This document shows, one piece after another, positions 16,746-29,000 of a stretch of DNA of 64,000 nucleotides. Within the stretch, counting starts at the first letter, position 1. Every line of letters starts with the position of its first letter. The translations under genes were made by a program, and so were the position numbers. The notes below the pieces were generated by a model. That model worked only from the letters and a program-made list of their open reading frames with translations. It was not told the origin of the DNA and did not search any database. Origin of the DNA: the human T2T-CHM13v2.0 reference genome, Homo sapiens; assembly GCF_009914755.1 (NCBI RefSeq), contig NC_060929.1, one strand, 5' to 3'.

Positions 16746-18200
16746 CTTCATGAGTATGTCTAGTATCAATCTTTGAGGCTGCTAACCCTTGAATGGGGTT
16801 TTTAAGGGGACTGTTTTTATTGTTGATGCTGTTGTTATTGTTTTCTGTTTGTTTGCTTTTCTTGCAATGGTCAGGTCCCTCTTCTGCAGGGCTTTTGTGA
16901 TTTGCTGGGGGTTCACTTCAGGCCCTATTCATCTGGTTCACTCTCACACATGGAGTTATCACTCAAGGAGGCTGGAAAACAGCAAAGATGGGTGCCCGCA
17001 CCTGTTTCTGGGATCTCTGACCTTGAGAGTCACCAACTTGATGCCAGTAGGATCACTCCTATATAGGGTGTCTGACAATGCCTTTTGGAGGATCTCACCC
17101 AGTTGTGGCATGGAGAACAGGACCCATTTAACAAAGCACTTTGTCCCTTGGTGGAGGGGGTATGCTTTGCTGGGGGGAAACCCATTCATCTGGGCTGCCC
17201 AGATTCCTGAGAACTACAAGGAGGAAAGGCTAAGTCTGCTGGTCTGCAGAGACTATGGCCACCCCTCCCCCTAGGAACTCAGGACCAGAGAGATCAAGGT
17301 TCTGTCCCTGAGCCTCTGGATGGTGTTGCTGGAGTTCCTACAGGGAGGCCCTGCCCAGTGAGGAAGGATGGGTCAAGATCAGACCTGAAGGGGTGCTCTG
17401 GTCATGGTCTGCCACAGCTGGTATTTTGGGCTGTGGGGGACACTTCTTGGAACCAAGCTGTCCAGCAGGCTTCAGAAGGAGAAAAGTGCAGCCTGGAGCT
17501 ATAGAGATGGATGCTGCTCTTCCTCTGTCCAGGGAACTTAGAGTGTTAGGCAGTTATGAGTCCCAGTGCTGGCTGCTGCCCCTCCCACAAGGAGCTCAGA
17601 GGGCTTAGACTGCAGGCAGCCTTAGCTGCAGTGCTGGTCGCCCCTCCCTCCAGTAACTTGGTTGGCTTAAGCAGATTCTAGTTGCAAGGCTGTTGAGAAT
17701 CTGTGCAGCTCTGGGGTTGGGACCCTAGGCCCTGGTGGTGTGGGTTCCTGAGTTGGATCTTCTTATCTGTGGGTTGCACAGTTCTGTAGAAAAGTATGGT
17801 TTCCCCAGTTGTGTAGCTTGCTCACTCGCCACCTCTTTTGGCTGGGTTGTTGGAGCTTACCTACCCCATGTGGCTCCCAGATGGTCTGGCGGATCACACT
17901 GATCTTCCTTCCTCTCCATGGATCATGCCAGCTGCCTAGTCAGTTCTGATGAGAGAACCTGGATACCTTGGTTGCTGGTGCAGGATTCACATGTATTATG
18001 ATCCTTTTCAATGGGAGCCTCCAATTGCTGCTGGTTTTAGTTGGCCATCTTGGTCCCACCCCTTAACCCAAATTTAAAAAAAAAATTTTCCTCTTGTTTT
18101 CTTCTAGCACTTTTATAGTTTAGCTTTTTCATTTAGGTCTATGATCTATTTTCATTTAAGTTTTTGTACACAATATGAAGTGTTGAGGGTTCCTCCCTTC

Positions 18201-18370
18201 TTTTTTTTTTTATTTATTTTTTTTTAAATTTTAGAGCTCACTGTGTTGTCCAGGCTGGAATGCGATGGTGTGATCATTGGTCACTATAGCTGAATTCCTG
18301 GCCTCAAGCAATCCTCCTGCCTTGGGCTCCCAAAGCACTGGGATTACAGGCATAAGCTACTGTAACCACA
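18201..18370 (-). mobile_element. Alu monomer (FAM/FRAM/FLAM-like), followed by a CCTTT-rich tract to ~18460
   Basis: T tail, caggctggaatgcgatggtg...gcctcaagcaatcctcctgcc...gggattacaggc; single monomer. Confidence 0.8.
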
Positions 18371-19816
18371 TCCCTCCCTCCCCTTTGTTCCTTTCCTTTC
18401 CTTTCCTTTCCTTTCCTTCCTTCCCTTTCCTTCACTTTCCTTTCTTTCCTTCCTTCCTTCCTAGAATATAGCTATCCAATTCTTCCAACACCATTTATTA
18501 AAAAGATTATTATTTCCTCATTTAATTATATTGGTGTCTTTATAAAAAAAAATTGACTATACATTTGTAGGTCTGTTTTTGGATTCTCTATTGTCTTCCA
18601 TTAACAATTTTGCCTATACCACGTTGTCTTTATTGCTGGAGATTTATTTGAGATATCTAAATCAGGTAGAGTAAATACTCTAATATTTTTCAAAGTTGAA
18701 AAACCCAAAGTCATTTTGACTATTCTAGGTCTTTTATGATCTAGGTATATCATAAATTTATGATTGGTTTTCCAGTATCTTCAAACAGGAATTCTAGGAT
18801 GGAACTTTATTAGAATTGCATTAAATTTGTAGATCAATTTTGGAAAAATTTATGTCTTGATAATATCAAGTCTTCTAGTTCAAGAACATGGTAGAGCTCT
18901 TCATTTATTTAGCTCTTATTTAATTTCTCTCAGCAATATTGATTTGTGTCCTCAGTGCACAGATATTGCTAATATTTTGTCAAATATATCCCTAAGTATT
19001 CCACTATTTTATATGATAATTTTAAAACATTGTTAATTGACAACTTATAGAAATACAGTTGATATTTGTGTACTGACTCTGTACTGAGAAATCTTAATAA
19101 ACATTTAAGATCCTAATATTTTGTGTATTTTCTCTAAATATTATATCATCTGCAAATAAAGACAGTTTTAGTTTTTCTTTTCCAATGTGTATGATTTTTT
19201 TCTTTTCTTCATATACTGGTTAGAACCATAGTACATTTGAATGGAAGTAATGAGAGTGGAAATCCTCATTTTGCTCCCAATCCTAGGGGGAACATTCAAT
19301 TTTTCACCATTACATATGATATTAAATGTGAGTTTTAAATGTTGTGGGGAATTGATTCTGGATTTTTGATAAATGCCTTCACTGTATCTCTTGAGATAAA
19401 CTTATGCTTTTCTTCTTTTTCAGTCACTAATTGTAGATTACATTGATTGAGTTTTGAATCTTGAACTAATCTTGCATTCTTGTGACAAACCTCACTTTTT
19501 CATGATGTCTTATCCTTTTCATATATTGTTGAATTTGATTTGCTAAAGCATTGTTAAGAATTTTTGCATCTATGTTCACAAGTGAAGTTGACATATTGCT
19601 TTATGTTCTTATAATGTCTTCCTATTTGCAGATAATGCTAGCTTCATGGCTTACTTATAGAATGAGCTTGGAAGTGTTCTCTCCTTTTCAATTTTCTGGA
19701 AGAAACTTGATATTATTTCTACATTAAATCTTTGATAGAATTCACAAATGAGGATACCTACTTAATATGCTCATATCTTTCTCTATCTTTTAAAATATAT
19801 GGATAAAGTACTGATA

Positions 19817-19894
19817 TTAGGTTGGTGCAAAAATAATCATGGTTTTGTCATTAAAAAAATTACAAAAACCACAATTACTTTTGCACCAACTTAA
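19817..19894. mobile_element. MADE1 MITE (Hsmar1-derived)
   Basis: TIRs ttaggttggtgcaaaa / ttttgcaccaacttaa, ~78 bp, TA on both sides (19815-16, 19895-96). Confidence 0.93.
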
Positions 19895-20127
19895 TAACTG
19901 TTTAATATTCTTTTCTACTAATTCTGTCATCTGTTTCATTTCCATTGACTGGCTTTTATTTTCATCAAGGTTTATATTCTTTGCATATAATGTAATTTTC
20001 TATTTGATGCCAGATATTATTTTTGTTTTACTTTTGAGGTGCTGATATGTATATAGATGTACATACACATATTATATATTATATATTAGAAAAGGAATTA
20101 AATATATTATAAAAGGAATATATAAAC

Positions 20128-20182
20128 ATTATAAAAGAAATATATGTATAAATCATATATATACATATATTTCTTTTATAAT
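20128..20182. repeat. Perfect 23-bp AT-rich inverted repeat, 9-nt loop
   Basis: attataaaagaaatatatgtata (20128-20150) / tatacatatatttcttttataat (20160-20182). Confidence 0.9.
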
Positions 20183-20491
20183 ATTTATGTATATTCTTAT
20201 CTTTTTGTGATAACAGATATTATTGGTGTGATAACAGATCTTATTGTAACTATTCATTTTCTGAGATTCTTTGCCTGGCCTTGAGTAAATTTCTCATGTA
20301 CATATGCATATATATACATTTTTAAAAAAATAATAATTAATATAATTCTATGTATATAATATACATATAAAATTTCTTCAAATGTTCTTGAACTTTGGCT
20401 TAGGATGCAAGTGACTTTAAAATCATTTGATCCTTTCAAAGTTTGCATTAAAGTTTTGTTAGGTAGTTCCAGAAACATTCCTTCTTTCTGG

Positions 20492-20786
20492 TTTTTTTTT
20501 TTTTGTTTTTTTTTTTTTTTTGAGACAGAATCTCACTCTGTCTCTCAGGCTGTAGTGCAATGATGCAATCTTGGCTTACAGCAGCCTCGACCTTCCCAGG
20601 CTCAGGTGATCCTCCCACCTCAGCCTCCTGAGTAGCTAAGACCATGAGTGTATGCCATCATGCCTGGCTAACTTTTGTATGTTTTGTAGAGACGAGTTTT
20701 TGCCTTGTTGCCCAGGCTGCTCTGAAACTCCTGAGCTCAAGGCTCCCAAAGTACTAGGATTACAGGAGTGAGCTACTGCCCCTGGC
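20492..20786 (-). mobile_element. AluJ
   Basis: Dimeric Alu with J-type positions (cagcctcgacct, gggctca-like); TSD agaaacattc / aggaacattc. Confidence 0.9.
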
Positions 20787-21332
20787 AGGAACATTCTTAA
20801 TCTATGGCTAACTTTGCTCCACTAAGGCAAGGAAATACCCATCCCATTCTGAGCATTCTACCTAATATTCCCCACTATGGATTGTAGAAATACAAACTGT
20901 TGTTATCTTTTTGTGATCACCAGATGTTGTTCTGACTCTTCATTTTCTGAGATTCCCTGGCTTTGAGTAGGTTTCTCATATACATGTAATTATATATACT
21001 CAAATGAAGACTTAAAGAGGACCCCGCACAGATTGCCAAAGTTCTTTCTGTCTTTGCAGTTCCTTCTTTTTAATACAGCTTTCCTTTCTGGCACTCTTTT
21101 CTGCAAATTCTTGTTATTGTGGCTTCCCCTGCCTCCTCATATCAGGGAAGCTATGGACTCTGTTTGGGTCCCAGCTCCTTGCATGGGGCATGAAAACGCT
21201 CTCTAGGCTATAAACTATGGCAGTCATATAGCTCAGGTCATTGATTTCTCTTCTCTAAGAGTTCACTGTCCTTTACTGAATGATGTCCAGTGGCCATTGT
21301 TTCATATATTTTCTCTATTTTTTTTGTTGACT

Positions 21333-22484
21333 TGACTCAACTTTCCTAATATGAATCATCTCATTACACCTGCTATGATGCTCCATTCATGAAATGTAAT
21401 CAAAGTGGTGTGCTGCCTCAATTTAAGGAACTGTTTTGAAGATGAGTGTGAATTTCTTTTGCTTAAGTATAAGTATAAAAGCAGCAGTAGACTATGTAGG
21501 TCTATTTAAAAAAAGAGAACCACTTAATCTTTTTAGATTAGGAGGGAGGTTAATTTTATTCCATCACTTCATCATAACCAACAGATATATTACTTTTAAT
21601 GAGATAATTAAGTATATTTAGAGATATTTATAAAATAAATTTATCTAAGGGGAAAAATCTTGGATAGACCCTATTATTCCATCCTTGCTATGACCCCATG
21701 AATAGAGAGGAAGTCAAAACCTTTCCCTAGTAAATTAGGAGTCTATTAATATCCCACTAGGTTAAATTTCTACTTCCGGTCTCATGAGCTTATGTAAAGA
21801 CTGCTAACATTCATGTCTTCTGATTATAGATTCAGTATCTGCTTTATCTTACCATTTGTTAATATATACTTTCAAATGGATAATTTAAATGAGATGCTTC
21901 TGATTGGTAATTATGTTTACTCAATGTGTTATAACTTACAATATATTTCTTGTGTATTATTTGATTCGAGTTTCATAACACCCCTATGAGTTAAAACATT
22001 CGAATGTTTTGAGTCCCTTTACTTAAAGAACTTAAGATGCAGAAGAGACATCAGTAGATGATCCAGCAATGATCTATAATGAGGCAGAACAAAGACTTGA
22101 ATGGTTCCTCGAACTCCTGCTCCAGTGCTCTACCCACTTGCCTATATTTGTTATGCTACTTGGATCAAATGTTGAAACCTGTCAATGTTAAACTTTCTGG
22201 TCACTATATGTTCAATAGAAGAAGCCTGAGTCTTGGCATCATTTGTCAACTTACTTCATGAAATTAAAAGGTTGATAATATAAATTAATGACATAATATT
22301 ATTCATCTTAACCTGACTCAACTGTCTGAACAATTTTGCTTATCATGATGCCCTATTCATGAAATTTAATCAAAGTGATGTGCTGCCTCAATTTAAGGAA
22401 ATGTTTAGAAGATAAATGTAATTTTATTTTCTTAAGCAGAAGAGTAAAAGCATCAAACTATCTAGGTCTATTAAAAAAGAGAAC
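21333..22484. repeat. Dispersed direct repeat of a ~170-190 bp unique block (21333-21520 and 22314-22484)
   Basis: Shared tgactcaact start, identical tgtgctgcctcaatttaaggaa, shared taggtctatt...aaaaaagagaac end; core offset 970 bp. Confidence 0.92.
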
Positions 22485-24334
22485 AAATGGGATGCAACAG
22501 CAACACCACCATTCTTAATTGGTATCACAAGGAGCTGACCTCTCAAGCATAATTATATATTGTCTTAACTCCCCAAACATAGAAACAGTCAACAAATTGC
22601 ACCCATATGCTATAAGGTTTTTTTAAAAAGTGTTCCCTTTAGTCACAAAGGTATGCATATTGCATATGATAGTCGCTAATAAAAAAAATGTCACCAGCTG
22701 CCTCACCGTCAGATAGTATTTACTACAGGAGAAGCAATCCATAGTTAACACTTAAAACTTTAGGCTTTTGTGTGACCACACAAATTATAATTCTCACTCT
22801 GGAGCCTTTTCTGGGATCTTTTAACCTCTCAGTAGATCAGAGATCAATGGTTAATAAAAATATGATCCATGTTTGTGCCAGTGATATAGAAAGATTAAGT
22901 TCTATGTATTTTCTGAAATAGCTAGACAGTTTTCTCAGATAAAGGTTAAAGGCTATATTTAGTATTAGCATTTAAACAACTACTTAGACACTTATTGATA
23001 GAATATCTCTGGACTTAATTGCACGTGAAATACCAAAAGTGGTCAGAATAATTGCAATTTAAGTGTTTTTCTTAAGGCACATTATTCGGTTTTGCTAGCT
23101 AGAATTAAGACACCTCCACTATTTTAGAGAATTCTTTTGATTGTGAGGAAAGGAAGCCTACTATTCAGACCACTTCAAGAAAAAGTAAGCAGAATCAGGA
23201 AGCCATTAAAGACCAAAATATCTCTAGAGCCTGGCTCGTGTTGGTTATCTCTTTCTCTTTCTCATTTCCACATATTCTTACTTTCATAGTTTCTTAGATT
23301 CTGTCTCTAGAAATTATCTAATGTCTTTCCTCCTCTGCTTACTTAGAGCCTCTGGTCCTTTACTATTTATTTTATTTGAGCATGTTCTCATGAATTTTAC
23401 AAAGAACCAGCTCTTCTTTTACACCAGGAGTGACAGTTGAGGGAAAAAAATTATTAGAATATAGTATGCAAAAATAGGCAACAGTAACAGCTCATGTAAG
23501 TCTTCATTGCCCTCAAGGAGACTTTCTAGGTCATTTCTTGGGTATCTGACTTGTATATCGATTGTGTAAAAAATGTAAAATGTAAGATTTGGAATAATCA
23601 TCATGGCACTCTTGCCAGAGAAGTGGTAGACCATAACTGAGACACCAAAATATGTAGGATGCAATAAGATTTACTTTAAGTATTTAATGAGATGTTTTAG
23701 TTGATTGAAATTGTATATTTATCTGTAAAATGTATTGATTCCTTTTGGTTAAATTATTGATAAGACTTAACAGTGTTTCCAGCATTATGCTTATAATTAA
23801 GGAGTCAAATTCTCCACAATGCTACATAAATCACATGAATGTACGTATTACCCATTTCAATGTGATCTCAAAACACTAAAATAATATGCTTTATACCAAG
23901 AGTTTGCTGCATATATTTGGATAATTTTATATGATATCATGTTATTATATGCTGAATCTTGTTTTATCCATTTCACTTGTGCTTGTATAGAGGACACAGT
24001 TTGTCTGTAGCCAGGTTTATTTTTATTCAGCTGCTGCTCATTCACTACTACAGTTCACAAATAGAAACAGATGCTTCCATGTGAACTTTCTGAGCAAAAG
24101 GGTGGAAACATTGAAATATCCCCAAAAGTAAGTGATTGTCATGGCATAATTATGACAGGCACAATAAAGTAAGACTTAGATAGAAGCAAAGCCTAATGCC
24201 ACCCAAATGTCCTAATGGCACCCCAATGTATTATACTAATGCTACGAAGGAAAACAAGCTCTTTATGAAATGCCTTCTGCTTCTGGTGGCTTTAGGAAAA
24301 ATGACTTCCTTTAATAGTTGTAAGCATTTTATCT

Positions 24335-24782
24335 TGTATTAGTCAAGTCATGAGGTCTGTTCAATAATTTTCCATTTCTCTTCTTTCAAGGCACAAGGTA
24401 AAAGTATTCATCTACCAAACTTTGGGTTAGACAATATCATGTGTAATGTGGGTTAGTTAATATCATGTGGCTTGCTTTAGGCTAAAGAAATGTGGGAAGT
24501 GATGAATTTTCCTCCAGATAAAAGCTTTAGAAGCCATAAAATAATTCACCTTGTATATTTTTTTCTGCATTCTTAGTTATCAACATGTGTATTGAGCTAA
24601 ATACTCCGTTAGTCAGATCTTGGAGCAATTATGATTAACAGAGCCCCCAGTGAACCTGAAGACTCTTGGTTCACCTTGTTGAACATGTATAAATTAGAAA
24701 TAAACTTTTATGTAATCCACTGAGATTTTAAGCTTTGGTTAGTGTTGTTATGACAGCATTATATGGACTACCTGAAACACAC
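24335..24782 (+). mobile_element. Old MaLR LTR (MLT1H/I/J-like)
   Basis: catgtggcttgctttaggctaaagaaatgtgggaagtga...gaaataaactttt...ccactgagatttt...ttgttatgacagca. Confidence 0.6.
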
Positions 24783-25703
24783 AGCATGACCTCATACATA
24801 TCACCTCAAGGACACTCACCCAACAAAATGGAAAGAAATTGTCTTAAAAACAAAGAATCCTTAGAGTATTAAATTGAAAAGTTAAAGGAATATCCTGGGA
24901 TGACAGGTATTGCAAAGGTATTTCAGAAATGGGAAAACTTTCTACTTTTGAAAATATTCTTAATCTTTCCAAATAAAAAGCATTAAAAAATTTGTTCATT
25001 ATTTGAGAGTTCCTAGTACGTAAAATTCTAATTTCTTACTAGTGACCTTGAATGCTGAAACCCACCTACTTCATGACTCTGACTCTTGGGTGCACTTACA
25101 TTTGGCTTGAACCAATAATCAGACTTAAATACAAATAAATAATTTATAAATGTGTACATAGCAAAAGATTATAAACTACTACTCAGATATTTCTTTTCAG
25201 TATGACTGCTAACATATTAGATATTTATCTAAGAACCTATCTTGTTCCTTTTACAATGCCAACATAACAATGCTCTGGTAGAGTCCCCTCCACCAGTTGT
25301 GGAAGGGTCATATTCATCAACTCAAAGAATACTGGATTCTAGCAATGCTAGGTACTAATGACCAATCAGTCCCTCACCCCCTCAAAATCTAGGCAATTTC
25401 TTAGACTTTCAAAGTAGAACTCATGCACGTTCTAACAATTAAATATGAGTTTCAAAGTATCATAGCATATTTTATAATCAAATTAGCTGTTCTGTGCTGG
25501 ATAAGAACACTGTAAAACACTGTTTATTAGAGTAATAAACCAAGAGTAAGATATCTGTAAAGCAAAGACATCAAATGCCTCTGACCAGATAGTCTTTGGA
25601 ATGTACATGAGTCTTGCCACCTACTTTGAGTCATATAGAGCAAAGGTAGTTACCATTTTTACATGCGCTGATGAGATTATTACTCATTTTTTCTGCTACA
25701 GGA

Positions 25704-26045
25704 ATGTAATAAACCGAGTGTTTATGTCACCCAAATTTCATGTGTTGGAACCTAACTCCAAGATGATGGTAATAGAAAGTGGAGCCTTTGGGAGGTGATT
25801 AGGTCATGAAGACAGGGCCCTCATGATTGGAGTTATTGCCCTTATTAGAGAGCCCCCAGCATGCTATCTCATCCCTTCCACCATGTGAAGAGGCAGCAAG
25901 AAGGTAGGTTCTCACCAGACACCAAGTCTACTGGTGTCTTGATCTTGAACTTCCCAACCTCCAGGATTGTGAGAAGTAAATATTTGTTGCTAATAAGCCA
26001 CCCAGTTTTTGTTGCTTTGTTATAGCAACCTAAATATTTCAAGAT
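25704..26045 (+). mobile_element. MaLR solo LTR (MLT1A/MSTD-like)
   Basis: gcctttgggaggtgattaggtcatga...ttgatcttgaacttcccaacctccaggattgtgaga...tttgttatagcaacc. Confidence 0.85.
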
Positions 26046-29000
26046 GTAGAGTGCTGCAGGTAAATTCTAAAACTAACATACAGATAATTTTCAAATAGAA
26101 TATTCATCCATTTTCCTTCATTATTTGTACATCTTCAGAAGGCCATCAGGTGGTTATGCAGCCCATTTTAACTCTTAATTATGGCAATCTTTAAAGCTTT
26201 CTCTGCTCATTTTAACGTGGACATACTGATTTTGATTTTTTGAATGATCCTAAGTAATGCTTCAAATTAACAATACATTTTTATTGCAATCTCCCAGGGT
26301 AGATTGTTGCAAATCTTCCTTCCCTACCCTCAGACTTAAACTAGAACAAGTAAATTTTTATTACATTATTTTCACTGGTCATGTAGTCAGTGAATTTAAT
26401 TTGTAGTGCATTAAATCATTGAATGAAAACGGATTAGTGAGAGTATGTTAAAAAAATTCCAGGTTGTGGATTACTATCTCCCATCTCCAAAAAACCAATT
26501 AAGCTCTTTTTCTATAGGTAAATTATCTATGTACTATGCTGAACTCTGAAGAAAATGATACTTTTAATGAAATGCAAAGAAATCACGGTATAAAATATAG
26601 TTCTAAAACTCTGAGAGCTCAAAGTCTTATTTGTAAATCAAGGATTGAACTTGATTATCATATCTTTGCCAAATATCCTAGATTTGGTAAAAAGCCCTAT
26701 CTTATTATAATTTCTTTTAATGTGATTTCTAATAATTTAAACAGTGTAACATCATACATAATACATGTCAATATACTGTGCCAATATAGGATGTGATATA
26801 GCTATACTCCTCTTTTATATTTAAGATGTATGAACTCAATACATCCTGTTATCCAATGCAGCCAGGAAGACATTTGTGAGAAAAGTTAACTCAGTAACTC
26901 AGTACTCCTTCTTTCAAAAAAAAAAATGTTTTTTTGGGGTTTTGAGAATATTACCAAACTCTGATCACATTATTTTAAATATATCTACCTAGGCAGGAAA
27001 AAAAAATAGCAGTTAAAAGCAAAAAGGGGTTTTATTATAATAAATGCGTTAAAGGTCAAAATAGTGAATAAAGAAAATAGTAAATGGCAACAATTGAGAA
27101 GACCTATATAGAAATAATTGGTACACATATTGTTGACTTTTAAATAAAATAATAATAAATATAGTAATACTGATAATAATGGAAAGAAGTGTCCAGTCTT
27201 ACTAGGAACTTATTGTGCTTCTGTGGGAAAAACCTAAACACATCATAATCAAAATTTTAACAAGACTTCAAACCTTCAAAATGCTTTAAAGGAAGCTGCT
27301 CCATTTCCCCCTTTTAAAAAAGAAATTTAAAAATGTGAAAGCTTAGAAAAAAACAAAATATAGGCTGGCAGGAAGATATTCCATCTTGTTGGGTCTCTGA
27401 AACAGCGGAGGACTGAACACTTGTAAACACGGTACCTTGAGCAATAGTTGCCTTATGGCTTGTAGTTTGAGGCCAAGAATAGCACGATAAACTTAGAATG
27501 TGTTTATCTCTTGGCAGCTTCATTTTACTTGCAAGCTGGGAGGGACAAAGACCAACAATTTTCCACCTACAAAGTGCATCTAAACTGGCAGGCAGCTCAG
27601 TGAGTAAGTCAACTTGAGCCTCCGGATCACAGCCACTCTCAAAGACAGATGGACAGTTTTGGAAAGGGGGATGATTCAGCCAATATCTCAAGGCGTTTGT
27701 GGTTACAATGTTCTGGAGTTGGGGTGGTTGGGGGTAAGCTTTAATTTGGAGACTTCACATATGTTTAGTGCTATTTTAAGAGACAAGCGTTATGTGTGCA
27801 AATTTTTATAATTCCATGTTCATTGCTAGCTGAAAACAGGTAGGAAGGTGGCAGCATTTTGAGAACCTGTGTTTTATTTCCAAGATAGAGATAGCTAAAC
27901 AATATTTCCAAATACTGTTTTATTCTGTTATTTTTGTTTTACTTCTGTCATAATAGTAAAGCATTGTATTTGCTTTATTTAATGGCTTAATGTCAATTGT
28001 TTAATGACTGATTATAAACCCAATAGACTTTTATGTTTTATTTTCAAATTGCTTAATTTAGGATTAGCATTAATTATATAAAGTGTGGTTAGTAAAAGAC
28101 TAGCTCAGATGCTGCAATTTTGAAGACCCAGCAAGGGATCTTCTTGATAAAAGGTTCGAGATATCTGCTGAAGTTGTGTTATTTGTGTATTGGGGGTGTT
28201 ATGTTTCAAATTATGGAGATATTTTGAGATCATAAAATAGAATTCTTATTTTAAACTACTAGATTCATTTTTTTTCGCTTTCAAGACATCCTCTTCTGCT
28301 TCAATACATAGATATTTGCCTAACATTATTCTGAAATAATAATGCTTAGAAAGTACACATAAAATCTTTCAGTATTGGGAGAGCTCATTTTATGAATAGA
28401 GTATGGTTCCGATTTAGTAATAAATTGGGAAGAAATTATTTATATTATCACCAAGAATAAAGAATGATCCTGCTCCTTTTCATAAAAACTGTGATCAAAC
28501 AGAAAATACAAAATAATGTCAGAACAGAAATGAAATCTTACCAGCTGTTTGTTCAACTCAAGAATTTCTGCTTGAAATTTGTTTCATGTGGACTAAGATA
28601 AAATAATTTTTCCTGCTTTTTTTACATGTTATTAAAAAGTAGATTTGTGAAGAGAAAAGGCAATGGCCAAAGCAATAGATACTTAGACATGTCAGAAATA
28701 GATTCTAAGTAGTTCTGTGAATGACTCACCATGATTTCTTCCAGACAGTGGCAAATTAACATATTTTACACCCAGAGCAAATTTAATGCAATTAAGCCTG
28801 CCAAATTCCAATTTCTTTGCCTCACCACATGTCCAGGATAATTGTTTGTTTCCCCCCAAAAAATGGTTTCCTGTGGACCTCCACCACACCTCATGCTGGA
28901 GTTAAAGTTCTGCAAAAAATGGGTAGTTGTTTTTTCAGCTTGCACCCTGCAATCCTTACTTTGTTGAAGAGATCCAGCCCAATTTAGGCTAGTGCTACTA

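Larger units (their letters stand above)
11626..18062 (-). mobile_element. Full-length (~6.4 kb) decayed L1PA8A-like LINE-1
   Basis: 5' end reads ggggtgggaccaagatggcc on the - strand; ORF1 and ORF2 remnants; PA8A-type 3'UTR; T-rich tail; degenerate TSD ttaaccaaaa / ttaacccaaa followed by TTT/AAAA. Confidence 0.93.
10555..21585 (-). mobile_element. Ancient L1M (MC/MD/ME-grade) element, internally deleted, hosting later insertions
   Basis: 3'UTR-like 10.56-11.6 kb; ORF2 3' part resumes at 18063 in register; jumps near 19755 to ORF1/5'UTR-like sequence; 5'-terminal motif at about 21260-21330 and 21530-21585. Confidence 0.7.

Noticed and set aside
23428-23495. Possible 68-nt exon (cttcttttacaccag ... 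gtaagt)
   Set aside because: Splice-like motifs only; it cannot be distinguished from a pseudo-exon without RNA data.
27314-27691. 125-aa minus-strand ORF in unique DNA
   Set aside because: Non-ATG start, no recognisable domain and no exon structure.
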